A stretch of 63,331 nucleotides of DNA, counting the filler, from an uncultured Myxococcia bacterium (GTDB taxonomy: Bacteria > CAZTWC01): assembly GCA_964617105.1 (NCBI GenBank). It is 3 parts of 3 records of this genome, joined end to end, with 100 filler letters (N's around TTAATTAATTAA, not from the genome) between each part and the next. Parts side by side here need not be neighbours in the genome. Positions count along the whole stretch, not along the records: positions 42,566 to 63,331 come from CAZTWC010000034.1; 2 more parts are not named here. The stretch is one strand, 5' to 3'. Each line of letters begins with the position of its first letter. Position 1 is the first letter of the stretch. Both the position numbers and the translations under genes were made by a program. Shown here piece after piece: positions 47,866 through 58,283 of this stretch. Under the pieces are notes generated by a model. The model was not told the DNA's origin. It was given only the letters and a program-made list of their open reading frames with translations, and searched no databases.

Positions 47866-49383
47866 GTGGAAAACAATAGTAAATTCAATGGAGATTTTTG
47901 TAATACCGCTTTTGAAGAGGTGTTGGCGAAAATCTATTTTGATCAGGAAACCGGTGTTTTAGATGTTTCCCAGGGAAAGATTCGCAAGCGGTTCTATTTT
48001 TCCCAGGGGGAGCCGTTTTTTTCAGAGAGTAATCTGTCCCAGGAAAATATTATCTACAACCTGCTTCAGCAAAATCGGATTGATGATCAGCAATATCAGC
48101 AGATTTATGAAAAGGCAAAACAGGAAAAGAAAAAGACCCATTTGGTGCTGGATGAGTTGGGCCTTATCGCGAGTGAAGAGATTGCTCTGCTGCTAAAACG
48201 CTACACTCAGGAGAAATTTCTCGATACCTTTTCCTGGAATCAAGGCGATTACCGCTTTGTGAGTAATGACAAGTTCCTTTCCAGGCTGCCCAGGGTAAAG
48301 TTAGACTTTTTTCATCTGTTGTTCGATGGAATTCGTTTAGGTAAGGAGGCTGGATCTATATTAAAAACCATGCAGCAACACACTAATTATTTAGTAGTGC
48401 GGCAAGAGAGTTTTTCCTCGCTATGCGATATACTCCAGGATGCCTTTTTAGGGGTCATGGACATCACTATTTTTATTGATGATAACACCAATTTGGGCAG
48501 ATTATTGGAAAAAAACACCAATGCTTACATGGATATATCAAAACAAATATATGCCATGCAAGTGGCCAGGATGATCTCTTTTGTAGATACCTCTGATAAA
48601 ATCGCTTCACCTCCGCCCGAGAAAGTTGATTCAGGCAATTCTAAAGAGGATGAGGTGATAAACAGTATTGCCACCGAGTTTAATCATCTGCAAGATGCTG
48701 ACCATTACCAGGTTTTGGGAGTATCCAGGGATGCAGGAGATGAGGCGATAAAAGATTCCTACTTTGCTCTGGCTAAAAAATATCACACCGATGCCTATTC
48801 TCAGTATGATTTACATGAAGATACCCGCGAGATGCTGGACGAGATATTTTCTATGGTGACTGTGGCCTACCAGCAACTGTCTGATGAAGAAAAGAAAAAA
48901 GAGTATGATACCATTTTAGATAGGAAAGAGAAGGGATTGCCCCTGGATTTAAATGCAGTTTTGCAGGCAGAAACATTTTTTAAAAAAGGGATGTCGTTGT
49001 TGCAATATGGCAACCATCAGGCGGCTGAAAACTGTTTTAAAGAAGCCATTAAACTTAACAACGGCGAGGCGGAGTTTCATGCCTGCCTGGGTTGGGCCAA
49101 GTTTCTCAACAGTGGATCATACCTTGATGATTCCATAGTTCAAAAAGTGGAAGAACACCTGGATTGCGCCATCAGGATGAATCCTAACCTGGACCTGGTT
49201 TATTATTATCGAGGGGCCATGCAGACCGCCATGAACAAATTTGATTCTGCCCGCCGAAATCTAAAAAAAGCCCTGGAGATGAATCCTGATAACAAAGAGG
49301 CGCAAAAGGAGTTGAACCGGCTGACCATTATGGAGAGCAAACAGAAGAAAAAAGGATTTTTCACCCGTCTTTTTGGAAAGTAG
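47866..49383 (+). CDS. DUF4388/PatA-N + J-domain (HTD variant) + TPR protein
   Basis: ETGVL...FYF.QG, FSWNQGDYRF; HYQVLGV...IKDSY..LAKKYHTD; AY..LSD...YD; C-terminal TPRs. Confidence 0.85.
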   Translation: MENNSKFNGDFCNTAFEEVLAKIYFDQETGVLDVSQGKIRKRFYFSQGEPFFSESNLSQENIIYNLLQQNRIDDQQYQQIYEKAKQEKKKTHLVLDELGLIASEEIALLLKRYTQEKFLDTFSWNQGDYRFVSNDKFLSRLPRVKLDFFHLLFDGIRLGKEAGSILKTMQQHTNYLVVRQESFSSLCDILQDAFLGVMDITIFIDDNTNLGRLLEKNTNAYMDISKQIYAMQVARMISFVDTSDKIASPPPEKVDSGNSKEDEVINSIATEFNHLQDADHYQVLGVSRDAGDEAIKDSYFALAKKYHTDAYSQYDLHEDTREMLDEIFSMVTVAYQQLSDEEKKKEYDTILDRKEKGLPLDLNAVLQAETFFKKGMSLLQYGNHQAAENCFKEAIKLNNGEAEFHACLGWAKFLNSGSYLDDSIVQKVEEHLDCAIRMNPNLDLVYYYRGAMQTAMNKFDSARRNLKKALEMNPDNKEAQKELNRLTIMESKQKKKGFFTRLFGK

Positions 49384-49623
49384 AGCCCAGAATTTGAGGC
49401 TGGAATTATTTATCCAAATGCGCCGTAAAACCCCTTCGATAACTTTTCACCTTACATTTTAAGTATTGTTAAAAAATAAGTTCGCATTATGGCGGGTCAG
49501 AATGTGAATTTATTTTCGGATGGACACGGCTAGTCAGGAGAACTATTTTGAATCAAGGAGAAATCAGGGAAATGGGAGCCAGGGATTTTTGACCAAACTT
49601 GCCCCCCCTTCTGAGGAGATTGG

Positions 49624-52600
49624 ATGAAAAGATTTAAACTACTTTGCAAAATTATAGCAGTCGGGGCAGCGGTTATGTTACTGTTTTTAGTAGTTTTAAC
49701 TGCCGTAGGGTTCTATTCATTAAAAAATATGGATTCCCCATTTTTTCGGGAAAGGATCATCTCTGAGGTCCAAAAGAACTTGGGATTGAAAGTATCTTTT
49801 AACCAATTGTCAGTCAGCCCTTTTTCCGAAATCCGCCTGGAAAATTTGGTTTTGCAACAGCCGTCCCCTTTTGACAGATATGCCCCTTTTCTGTTCAAAG
49901 TAAAAAAAGTTGTGTTGAAATATAGATGGGCAGGGATTTTACCTGAACAGGTGATTATCGAAAAGGTGCTGATTGAAGAACCGCAAATCCAAATGGTGGC
50001 TGAAAAGGGTGGTAAAACCTCTATAGATCTGATTTTAGATAGGCTGGGGATAAAAAAAACCACTGAAAAAAAACCAAAATCTATCCCCATCACCAAAAGT
50101 CTGCAACTGCTTCAATTGCCACTTACAATTACGTTAAAAGAGGCGGCTATTGAAGGGCTTTCTCTGGGATTCAGAGAGATGGTCCAGCAAAAAGTGGGGC
50201 GGGAGATTACACTTTCCGGTATTTCGCTAAATAGTTCAGCAGAGGTGAAGCCCGGAGATCTGAATCTGAATTTTCAATTACATACACCAATGGCTGGTGA
50301 GCCGGGTGCACCTGATAAAAATCCGGGTTCATTTGCTCAAAAAGGGGAGGGCAACGGTCAGATAGTTATAATAGAACCAGGGGCAAAATTGCCTAAGCGG
50401 GAGGTACATTTCGGTTTTAATCTGGGAGTTCAAATTAAAGAATCAAAAGAGATCTCCTGCTTAATCGATCTTGACCTGAATAAACAGAGTTTTAAAGAGG
50501 AAGTGACATTTTTGGGAAAAGTGGTTAAATCTCGGGTAAAGGTAAAATTAGACCCACAGGAGAAAATGATTCATCTGGCAGTGCCTGAACTCTCTCTCTT
50601 AACGGACCGGATCAAGGGCGATCTGAATTTGTCGGTCAGCGAAAAAGATGGATTGGGCTTGGTTCTCCTGGAAAAAGCAAACCTGTTTATCTCAATTGAT
50701 AGGTTGCTGGAGATATCTCCGCATAATTTAGATCATCTTTTATCTTTGGCTACCGGGTCTTTTAATTTATGGGCCCGGGATATTGAGGTGGATATCAGGA
50801 AACTGAAATCTGAGTTTATTAATCGTGGAAAAATTGGATTTGACGGGGAATTTTCTGACCTTAAGGTAAAATTAAAAAAACAGGAATTCTCAATGGACAA
50901 TATCACCCTGAATATGGACGGTAACCTTAAGGGGTTGGCGTTTTATACTTTAAACTTTAAAAGTGATTTTAATAATTTAACCGTTTCTAATAATGAAGGT
51001 AATAGAATTACGAAAGAGTTGCTGAAATGGAAACAGGCCGATATAACCTTTAAGGGCAAAAATATTGTCCCTGATCTCCAAGACCCGCTTAAATCCTCGG
51101 CTGATTTGAGACTGATGGTGTTTATCCAGGCGCTGCAATTGCAGGGAAAAAAGTTATTGGCCGACAATTTTTCAATGGATATGACCGCCAAAATTAAAGA
51201 CACAAAGCCGGATCCTGTGGTGATTACCGGGGAATTGAACAATATTTGGGCTCATTTGGGAAAAAACCGCGGGCGGCTGCAGATCAAAAAAACCGGGTTC
51301 AACCTACGGGCTTTTAAGGTGCTGCCAGATCTTAAAAATCCCCTCAACTCCCGGGCCAGTATGAAATTTGGTCTTATTCTGGACTTTGCCAATTTGGAGG
51401 GCCAGGTAAACAAAGGGGAGCATCTGGACTACCGCCTGAATCTGGCGGTGAAGAATTTGCAGAAGTTTAAGCGGCTGGTGCCCGCCCATCTGCTCAAAGA
51501 GAACCAGATTCCTTTAGAACGTCTGGCTTTTACGGTTACCTCAAAAGGAAAAATAGAGAACCCCTTTAAAAAGCACCGGCTGAATATTTCTCAACAAACC
51601 GATTTTACTGTAAACCGTATCTCTTTGCGCCGAAAAAAAATATCACTGAAAACCAAAGCTATCAAGGCCAGTTTTAGATCCTCAGGCGGACTGCAAAAAC
51701 AGGATATCAGCCTGGATTTGAAGGTTTCCGGGGCAGAGATCAACCAGGAGAAAAATTCCAAGATTGCCATCAATTCCCTGGTGAAAATCGATTTTCGAGA
51801 TGCCAAGAAACCGCTGCTGAAATTGCAGGTGAAGGGAGATTTGGGCTCAAAGCGTAATATGGGTTTCAATTTGTCATCCAGATCGGGAGCCGGTCCCAAT
51901 GGATTAACTTTTCATTATGATGCCTTTATGAGTCTGGAATCTTTTGGCTTTTTGCCCCGGGCCTTGCCAGAGATATATGCTATGGCTCCCAAATTAAAAA
52001 TGATGGACCTGGACAACCTGCAAATTTCTTTGGAGAGCAAAGGGGAGTTGTCCGGTATTATCAAGGCGCTTCCACCCTTAAAGCCCCCGGTGTTGTATAA
52101 AAATTTAAAGCAAAGTATTGAGGCCAGTCTAAAAACCAACCTGACCGTAAAGAACATTGATTTTGATGATCTGGAGATGAAGGCAAAATCTTCTGAATTA
52201 AGAGCGCAAATGGTTTCTAAAAATCGCGGACCAAATTTAGAGTCAGAGATAAGCCTGAACAGCGAAGATTTTTTCGCCCAAATCAAGGGCAACAAATTTA
52301 ATTTGTCTGGCCTGGATACCAAACTTAAAATTGTGGGCCGGGATCTGTTAAGTGCCAAACCCAACGGTTGGCTGGAGATTAAAGGTAAACTGGAAAAACT
52401 CAAGCAGAATATAGTGGGCGGGTACCCCATTGGCAGAGTTTCTATGCTGGTGCAAATGCGGGCCCAGAGTAAAAACAAATTACGATTGGACAAATTCTCT
52501 TTTGTCAATGTTGACGGTGGCACCGAACTAACCTTTGACTCCAGAGTGGATCGTCTGCAACTCCCCGGCGGCTTGATGCAGAGTAATCTGTTGGTCAATG

Positions 52601-53517
52601 GTCTACTTAAGCAATCTTTGGACAAGCCCGACTTTTCCAAGGACTTTGGTGTCTCTACTTCCGGAGAAGTGGAATTACCTTTCACCATAACCTCCAAGGA
52701 TCTATCCCGATTTTCTCTGAACACTCTAATCAAATTTGACCAGGTTACTGGTATCTTGCGAAAACCAGGCACCAAACTGGATAACACCAAAGTAGAGGAT
52801 ATAAATGGGGTTATCCGTATGCAGCAGGAGATCGCCTTAACCCCGGATAAAAAAATCCGTATAATTAAGCAGGATTTTAGCAATGCCTATGCCCGGGTAA
52901 CTTTTTCTGATGTCCATCCCTATCTTTTTGAGGACAGTTACTTCACGGTTGGNNNNNNNNNNCCTATTGCCGGTAATTTGTTTATCGACCGTAATCTCTT
53001 TGCCCTTCGTCAGTTTCAATTGGACTTTGGTGATGGTACGGTTCTGGGACAAATGTTGCTCAATTTTCAAAAAGATAATACTCAGGTGTTGCTAAGGGGT
53101 AAAATTACAGATTTTAAACCAGAGTTGGTCAAAAACGGCAATCGCGCTACTGCCACTGGTTATCAGGCCAGGGGAATAGACGCAAACTGCGCTTTGATGT
53201 TTAACCTTACCAAATTGGAGATGAAGGGCCGTTTTCACCTGGTGCACATTAGTAAACATCATCTGCTTACCATGCTGGATATTTTGGACCCCTTTCATGA
53301 AAATGTAAAATTTAACCAACTGCGGATGGCCTTATCCCTGGGTTATCCAAAATTTGTCCGTTTGCGGCTTGACCCCGGCTTTTTGTCTATGAAACTGGAA
53401 TTGGGCGGAGTTGCTCAATTGGTTGATATCGGCGAGATCCGTGGTATCCCCACCGGACCGCTATTGGAAAAATATTTGGGAGGAATTCTTACAAAAACCG
53501 GAGGAATTATAAAATGA
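49624..53517 (+). CDS. AsmA/YdbH-like (repeating beta-groove) envelope-spanning protein; contains a 10-N gap
   Basis: N-terminal TM anchor, then LENLVL...IEKVLIEEP (AsmA-type N-terminus) and about 1200 aa of amphipathic beta-strands. Confidence 0.7.
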   Translation: MKRFKLLCKIIAVGAAVMLLFLVVLTAVGFYSLKNMDSPFFRERIISEVQKNLGLKVSFNQLSVSPFSEIRLENLVLQQPSPFDRYAPFLFKVKKVVLKYRWAGILPEQVIIEKVLIEEPQIQMVAEKGGKTSIDLILDRLGIKKTTEKKPKSIPITKSLQLLQLPLTITLKEAAIEGLSLGFREMVQQKVGREITLSGISLNSSAEVKPGDLNLNFQLHTPMAGEPGAPDKNPGSFAQKGEGNGQIVIIEPGAKLPKREVHFGFNLGVQIKESKEISCLIDLDLNKQSFKEEVTFLGKVVKSRVKVKLDPQEKMIHLAVPELSLLTDRIKGDLNLSVSEKDGLGLVLLEKANLFISIDRLLEISPHNLDHLLSLATGSFNLWARDIEVDIRKLKSEFINRGKIGFDGEFSDLKVKLKKQEFSMDNITLNMDGNLKGLAFYTLNFKSDFNNLTVSNNEGNRITKELLKWKQADITFKGKNIVPDLQDPLKSSADLRLMVFIQALQLQGKKLLADNFSMDMTAKIKDTKPDPVVITGELNNIWAHLGKNRGRLQIKKTGFNLRAFKVLPDLKNPLNSRASMKFGLILDFANLEGQVNKGEHLDYRLNLAVKNLQKFKRLVPAHLLKENQIPLERLAFTVTSKGKIENPFKKHRLNISQQTDFTVNRISLRRKKISLKTKAIKASFRSSGGLQKQDISLDLKVSGAEINQEKNSKIAINSLVKIDFRDAKKPLLKLQVKGDLGSKRNMGFNLSSRSGAGPNGLTFHYDAFMSLESFGFLPRALPEIYAMAPKLKMMDLDNLQISLESKGELSGIIKALPPLKPPVLYKNLKQSIEASLKTNLTVKNIDFDDLEMKAKSSELRAQMVSKNRGPNLESEISLNSEDFFAQIKGNKFNLSGLDTKLKIVGRDLLSAKPNGWLEIKGKLEKLKQNIVGGYPIGRVSMLVQMRAQSKNKLRLDKFSFVNVDGGTELTFDSRVDRLQLPGGLMQSNLLVNGLLKQSLDKPDFSKDFGVSTSGEVELPFTITSKDLSRFSLNTLIKFDQVTGILRKPGTKLDNTKVEDINGVIRMQQEIALTPDKKIRIIKQDFSNAYARVTFSDVHPYLFEDSYFTVXXXXPIAGNLFIDRNLFALRQFQLDFGDGTVLGQMLLNFQKDNTQVLLRGKITDFKPELVKNGNRATATGYQARGIDANCALMFNLTKLEMKGRFHLVHISKHHLLTMLDILDPFHENVKFNQLRMALSLGYPKFVRLRLDPGFLSMKLELGGVAQLVDIGEIRGIPTGPLLEKYLGGILTKTGGIIK
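52953..52962. other. Scaffold gap inside the AsmA-like CDS
   Basis: 10 N; true length unknown. Confidence 0.95.
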
Positions 53518-54089
53518 ATTGGGTAAAGATTTTTTTGCTGCTAGTCTGCTGTAGTAGTTTGGCTGGTGGCTGTGTAAAAGTTTCCAATATCGTTTTGCTG
53601 GATAACAAAACCGCCTTGGAGCAACAGGCATCCGGAGAGTATAGTGCCCTGGAAGCCCAATTGGAGAAAGAGGGTATCTATCCCAAGGCCAAAGAGTTTG
53701 CCTTTCATCAATTGGAAAAAAATGTTTGGCTATCCTATGGAGAGGACTCCTTTGCCGCTATTCTCGATATCTATCGAACTCTGGAAGAGAACGCGGAGCA
53801 ACAGAATAATCTACTCATAAAACAGTGTATCGGTGAGGCCTCCACCGGACTATTAATGGAAACTCCGGCTAATTGCCGGGTGCAAAATTTGAGTACCAAT
53901 CTGGTGGAAAGTGTAATCAATAAAACCAATCAAAATCGCAGGCAATTGTGGGAATATATTGCCACCAAGCGGGGCGTATCTCCAGAGAAGGCCCAGGCTC
54001 AATGGCATAAGACCAATCTGCAAGAGATGGTTTGTAGCGGCCAGTTCCAGGATGAACAGGGGAAATGGCAGGTGAAAAAATGCGAATAA
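53514..54089 (+). CDS. Lipoprotein, DUF1318/YdbL-like
   Basis: Lipobox AGGC, KTALEQQ..G.Y, CIGE..TGLL, N..RRQL, Q...GKW.VK. ATGA overlap with the upstream gene. Confidence 0.7.
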   Translation: MNWVKIFLLLVCCSSLAGGCVKVSNIVLLDNKTALEQQASGEYSALEAQLEKEGIYPKAKEFAFHQLEKNVWLSYGEDSFAAILDIYRTLEENAEQQNNLLIKQCIGEASTGLLMETPANCRVQNLSTNLVESVINKTNQNRRQLWEYIATKRGVSPEKAQAQWHKTNLQEMVCSGQFQDEQGKWQVKKCE

Positions 54090-57000
54090 AATCATTAAGG
54101 CCCCAGGCAGGCTGGCGGTTGGTTTTATTACTGCTGGCATTACTAATAATTCCTCAAACCGCTTTTTCATCAGTAATCCAGGGCGGAGGACTATACTTGC
54201 CCAAACGGCTGACAGCCGGGTCTTCCGATCAATACCGGAGTGAATTGAACCCAGATGCTGCCTCTATCTACTATTTGAGCAACAAAAATGGCACCACCGA
54301 AATATTCAGTCAAAATCTGCAGCAGGGGAATCCCCGCCTGTTATTTGACAACTCCGCTGATGTCAATTGCCCTCGGATAAGCCCTGATGGTAAAAAGATG
54401 CTCTATATCAGTTATAAAACCGATGCGGTCGGTGATGTGTGTGTCTATGATTTGCAAAAGAGCGAGAACCGCTGCCTTACCAGTGGCAAACCGGCTGAAA
54501 TATTTGCCTTCTGGTTTCCCGATAATAAGAGTATCGGCTATGTGTCCAGGCAGTCACTCCACGATGACCTGGCTCTGTTTCGGATGGATATCTCCTCTGG
54601 AAAAAGTGATTTGATCCTAAAGCAAAATATGAGCAGCCCATCTCCTTCTCCGGATGGTATCTGGCTGACCTTTGTGCCATTAACCAGGAATTTAAGTTCG
54701 GTGGGAGTTAGTTTTTCGGTGGAGGTGGCCCGGCATATCAGTTTACTGAATCTGAAGACCGGCATGGTTTACACCATAGAGATGCCTTTACCAGGCAACA
54801 GTGGTTTCCCGTCATTTTCAAAAGATGGGAAGTTTCTCTATTTTTCTCAATATCTGAATGACACCAATTTTGACGGTCAAATCGATGGCAATGATCACAG
54901 TGTTATTTTTCGTATCCCTTTTAACCGGCAAAACCCGACCAAAATTTCTATGCCCCAGCAACTCACCTCAGCCCGCTGGAATTGCCAGTTTCCCTATCCG
55001 GCGGCCAATGAGTTGATATTGACCTGTTCTCACCAGGGATCTCTGGATATCTATTCTCTACCCCTTACCGGAAGCATTCCCTTGCAATGGAAGGCCAACA
55101 AACTGGACGAGGAGATCATTTCCAGCCGCAACAGTTGGGACAAGATGCTATTATTGGCCCGCAAATTGATGTTTGCCCCATCCAATCCGGAACGGATCGA
55201 TATTTATCGCCAAATGGTTTTTTTACACATGAGCCGCCAGGAGTACCGTTCAGTGGAGTTTTATACCAGACAAGTATCTGCGCTCAGCGGTTCAGAAGAA
55301 TTTGAGCATCAATGGGCCGAAATAGTCCAGGAATTGGTCAATTTCTATCAACAGGAAAAGCGTCTTCAGCGGGGATGGCTGAATAACCGGTTTGTGGTTG
55401 CCCAGAAAAAGCGAATAGAGCGGTTAACCAATAACCTAAAGGATTACACTCTCAGTGCTCAGCATTTCACCCACATGGTAATTAGCCAGATAGAGGGGAA
55501 ACTGGGCAATTTTGAACAGGCAATGGAACATATTAAGGCGGTAAATTTAGCGGAGGAGAAAGATTTTTATGTTTTGATGAGTTATGTTTTTAACCAAATC
55601 CCTTTTCTCAACCTGGTAGGGGAAAAAGAGAAAGTGGGCGCTGATCTGAAACTATTATCCAGCCATAAAAGTCTGCCTCTCGATTTAAGGCTCTATTATG
55701 CCCAAAGATTTGTCAAAGAGAAAACTCTGGGTAAAAGTCTCCAGGAAAAACAGCAGACAGTGGCAGATATTTTAAGCAATTTAGACTTGGATGAGTCTGT
55801 TTCGGAAGAGTTGCAAGTTGTCCTTACTTTAACAGGCTATTTGTTAGAGATAGGTCAGGCTGCCGAAGAGGAGGTTCGTAAAAAAATATTTGCCCTGTAC
55901 AAAAAGAATAAAAAAATGGTGGTTCGCAAGGTGATAATTGCCTCCACTTTGAAATATGCGGCTCAAAAGGGCAAAGATTATTTGCTTTACCAATTTGCCA
56001 ATTCCTGGGTATCCTGGCTCAAAAAAGCGCAGAGCGAACGGCGGTATGCGGAGAAAGTTTATTTGGCGGTTATTTTGGAGCGTGCATATCTGGAGATTGC
56101 CAAAAAGGAGTATAAGAAGGCCCGGGCCTCTTTTTACGGCGGAACCTTAAAGAGTAACTCGCTGGAGGCTCATACCGGTTTTATCGAAACTCGGTTTATG
56201 GAAGGGAAAGGGGTTGAGGATATCCTCTCTTTTTACCGTAAACAGTTTAAAAACAGGGATAATCACCCGGTTTACCGGTACGTGCGCGCTTATCTGATAG
56301 CCCGGGAATTCAGTTCTTTACCTCTTTTGATTCACAGGGACGAACAGAGCAAACCAGACTTTGATATCCTAAATTTTTCTAAAGAGAGATGCCAACAAGC
56401 CCTTGATTATCTATATTTGGCGGATCGGGATCTGCCTCGGAATTTATCTATAAATTTTTTGTGGGGATTTTTAGCCCATCAAAAATATTTTCACCGTGAT
56501 ATTGATACCGGGGCCGCTTATACCGCTATCCAAAAGTATCTTTTAGCCCTGGATTTGGCCCGTGAAAAGCCTCGCTACCAGGCACCCATAAGTCATGCCC
56601 TGGGCCTTTTGAATGCTGCTCTGGGTAATCACCGGGCTGCATTACTCCATTTTGATAGCCGGCAAAAGTTGCCTTTTTTGCAAAAAAAGGTGAATTTAAA
56701 CCTGCTAATAGCCAGGGCGCGTAGTTTATACCATACTCACCGTCCAGAAAAAGCGGTTGATACCGCAACTTTGGCATTGACTATCGTTAAAGAGGAGCCC
56801 AGAATGCAAGCATATCTTCCTATGGTGCTGGATCGGGCGGGATTATATTTTTATGCTTCCAAGCAATTTGATAAATCGATTGAAATACTAAATGAATATC
56901 TAACTTTAATTGCCGGAGCGGGCGCCAATGACCGGTTTCCCCTGGTCAACCATTTAAAAGGCCATATCCTTTTAGCCGCCAATCATCTGCTTTTGCAGCA

Positions 57001-57637
57001 GTTTAACCAGGCCATCGAGCAGTTGAAAAAGGGGGAAGCCGTATTGGATTCCGGAGAAAAGATGCGGCCGGTTCAGGAGAAAGTGAACAACAGAAAGTCG
57101 ATGTTTAGAAAACACCAATATGGCCGGGAGGATTTTCAGATTTTGATTGCCGGACTTCTGGCCCATGCCTTTTATGGCTCCCAAGATCTTTCTGCCGCCA
57201 CCTTTCGGATGAAACAGCGAATAGAGTTATTGGAGGAACGGTTTGAAGAGAAGGGCCGGGATTCCGACCTGCTGGAGATAGCCCAGGCCTATTCTGATTT
57301 GGCCACTTACGCATTTTTACAAAAAAGAGAAGCCGAGAGCTTGCTGATGATGAAATCTGCTTTTAATTTTTCCGATAAGTTCAATAAAAAAACAGGCACC
57401 ATAGTTAACCAGGTCAACATCAGGCTTTTGCACGGATATGCCCGTTTATGGCTGAATGGAAAAAAAACCGCCGGGGAAAACCTGGATGATCTTATCCGGC
57501 GTTTACAAAAAGTGCATCAATTTTTATGCCAAAAACCCAATCCCCGCTGGAAGGCAGATCGGGAGATGATAGGTTTTTATTTAACCAGTGTCCGGACGGA
57601 CACTGCGATGACTCACCCTCAAGGAGAACTAAAATGA
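54080..57637 (+). CDS. Exported PD40 (TolB-like) beta-propeller plus long TPR/alpha-solenoid protein
   Basis: Signal peptide (TAFS), PRISPDGK, PSPSPDG, PSFSKDGK, Ca-loop DTNFDGQIDGND, long helical C-terminus. Confidence 0.8.
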   Translation: MRIKSLRPQAGWRLVLLLLALLIIPQTAFSSVIQGGGLYLPKRLTAGSSDQYRSELNPDAASIYYLSNKNGTTEIFSQNLQQGNPRLLFDNSADVNCPRISPDGKKMLYISYKTDAVGDVCVYDLQKSENRCLTSGKPAEIFAFWFPDNKSIGYVSRQSLHDDLALFRMDISSGKSDLILKQNMSSPSPSPDGIWLTFVPLTRNLSSVGVSFSVEVARHISLLNLKTGMVYTIEMPLPGNSGFPSFSKDGKFLYFSQYLNDTNFDGQIDGNDHSVIFRIPFNRQNPTKISMPQQLTSARWNCQFPYPAANELILTCSHQGSLDIYSLPLTGSIPLQWKANKLDEEIISSRNSWDKMLLLARKLMFAPSNPERIDIYRQMVFLHMSRQEYRSVEFYTRQVSALSGSEEFEHQWAEIVQELVNFYQQEKRLQRGWLNNRFVVAQKKRIERLTNNLKDYTLSAQHFTHMVISQIEGKLGNFEQAMEHIKAVNLAEEKDFYVLMSYVFNQIPFLNLVGEKEKVGADLKLLSSHKSLPLDLRLYYAQRFVKEKTLGKSLQEKQQTVADILSNLDLDESVSEELQVVLTLTGYLLEIGQAAEEEVRKKIFALYKKNKKMVVRKVIIASTLKYAAQKGKDYLLYQFANSWVSWLKKAQSERRYAEKVYLAVILERAYLEIAKKEYKKARASFYGGTLKSNSLEAHTGFIETRFMEGKGVEDILSFYRKQFKNRDNHPVYRYVRAYLIAREFSSLPLLIHRDEQSKPDFDILNFSKERCQQALDYLYLADRDLPRNLSINFLWGFLAHQKYFHRDIDTGAAYTAIQKYLLALDLAREKPRYQAPISHALGLLNAALGNHRAALLHFDSRQKLPFLQKKVNLNLLIARARSLYHTHRPEKAVDTATLALTIVKEEPRMQAYLPMVLDRAGLYFYASKQFDKSIEILNEYLTLIAGAGANDRFPLVNHLKGHILLAANHLLLQQFNQAIEQLKKGEAVLDSGEKMRPVQEKVNNRKSMFRKHQYGREDFQILIAGLLAHAFYGSQDLSAATFRMKQRIELLEERFEEKGRDSDLLEIAQAYSDLATYAFLQKREAESLLMMKSAFNFSDKFNKKTGTIVNQVNIRLLHGYARLWLNGKKTAGENLDDLIRRLQKVHQFLCQKPNPRWKADREMIGFYLTSVRTDTAMTHPQGELK

Positions 57638-58164
57638 AAAATGAAAATCCCCAAAACCAGACAGATTCCTTAAAAGTGGCCGTTATCGTTGTTCTGCTGG
57701 CAGGATTATTTTTAATGTTGGTCAATAGTTGCGGCACTGATACGGATGATTTTTTACCGGGAGATGAATCTAAGTCTGGCTTTAGTTCTCTGTACAACGG
57801 CTATTTTCAAAAGTGTATTCAGTGCCACTCTCCAGACGGCCTGGGAAGAATAGATGGAGAGACTGAACAAAACCTGAATTTTTCCACCAAAGAGTTGGCC
57901 TTTTCTACTATCACCAGCGGCAAGGCAGCCGGTATGGTCGGAAATCAGGAGAGTTGTAATGGAGTTGGTTTTATCAGTAAGGGAGATGCTAGCAAGAGCC
58001 TGCTAATAGCGGTTTTGGATGAAAATGTGCGCCATTCTTTTCAAGCAGGTGAGTGTGATGTGGATGCCATCAGCGACATGACCGTAAAAGTGGGATCAAA
58101 TCCAGATTCCTCTTTTGTATCCAATTTGAAAAAGTGGATCAATGACGGTGCTCTTAATGACTAA
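57634..58164 (+). CDS. Monoheme cytochrome c-type lipoprotein
   Basis: ATG 57634 follows AAGGAG (ATGA overlap). Lipobox VNSC, CIQCH, GDASKSLL, candidate axial Met, terminal KWINDGALND. Confidence 0.8.
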   Translation: MKNENPQNQTDSLKVAVIVVLLAGLFLMLVNSCGTDTDDFLPGDESKSGFSSLYNGYFQKCIQCHSPDGLGRIDGETEQNLNFSTKELAFSTITSGKAAGMVGNQESCNGVGFISKGDASKSLLIAVLDENVRHSFQAGECDVDAISDMTVKVGSNPDSSFVSNLKKWINDGALND

Positions 58165-58231
58165 AAGCGGAAGTAAATAACCCGGGATTGAAATTCCTAG
58201 AATTCTTTTCGTTCTTAAAGTCTGATTTTTC

Positions 58232-58271
58232 TTGCAGGTTTAAATTGCTTACGTTATAATGTAAACGTAAG
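58232..58271 (+). promoter_or_regulatory. TA operon promoter with overlapping operator palindrome
   Basis: TTGCAG-N17-TATAAT (58232-58260), overlapped by CTTACGTT-N8-AACGTAAG (58248-58271). Confidence 0.75.
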
Positions 58272-58283
58272 AAAGGGGGTGTC

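Noticed and set aside
49418-49440. GCGCCGTAAAACCCCTTC resembles one arm of IS200/IS605 end hairpins
   Set aside because: The complementary arm is absent and there is no recognisable tnpA/tnpB remnant, so support is insufficient.
49585-49604. ATTTTTGACCAAACTTGCC resembles the ECF upstream sequence ATTTTTTGTCCAAACTTTGCC
   Set aside because: There is no CGTC -10 element at the right spacing; likely chance.
51915-52883. 322-aa antisense ORF (and other long antisense ORFs such as 15082-15762, 19686-20297, 2350-2919)
   Set aside because: These are shadow frames of well-supported genes with no motifs of their own.
57526-57633. N-terminal extension of the cytochrome c ORF
   Set aside because: It overlaps the PD40-TPR gene. 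SD AAGGAG and the ATGA coupling support 57634.
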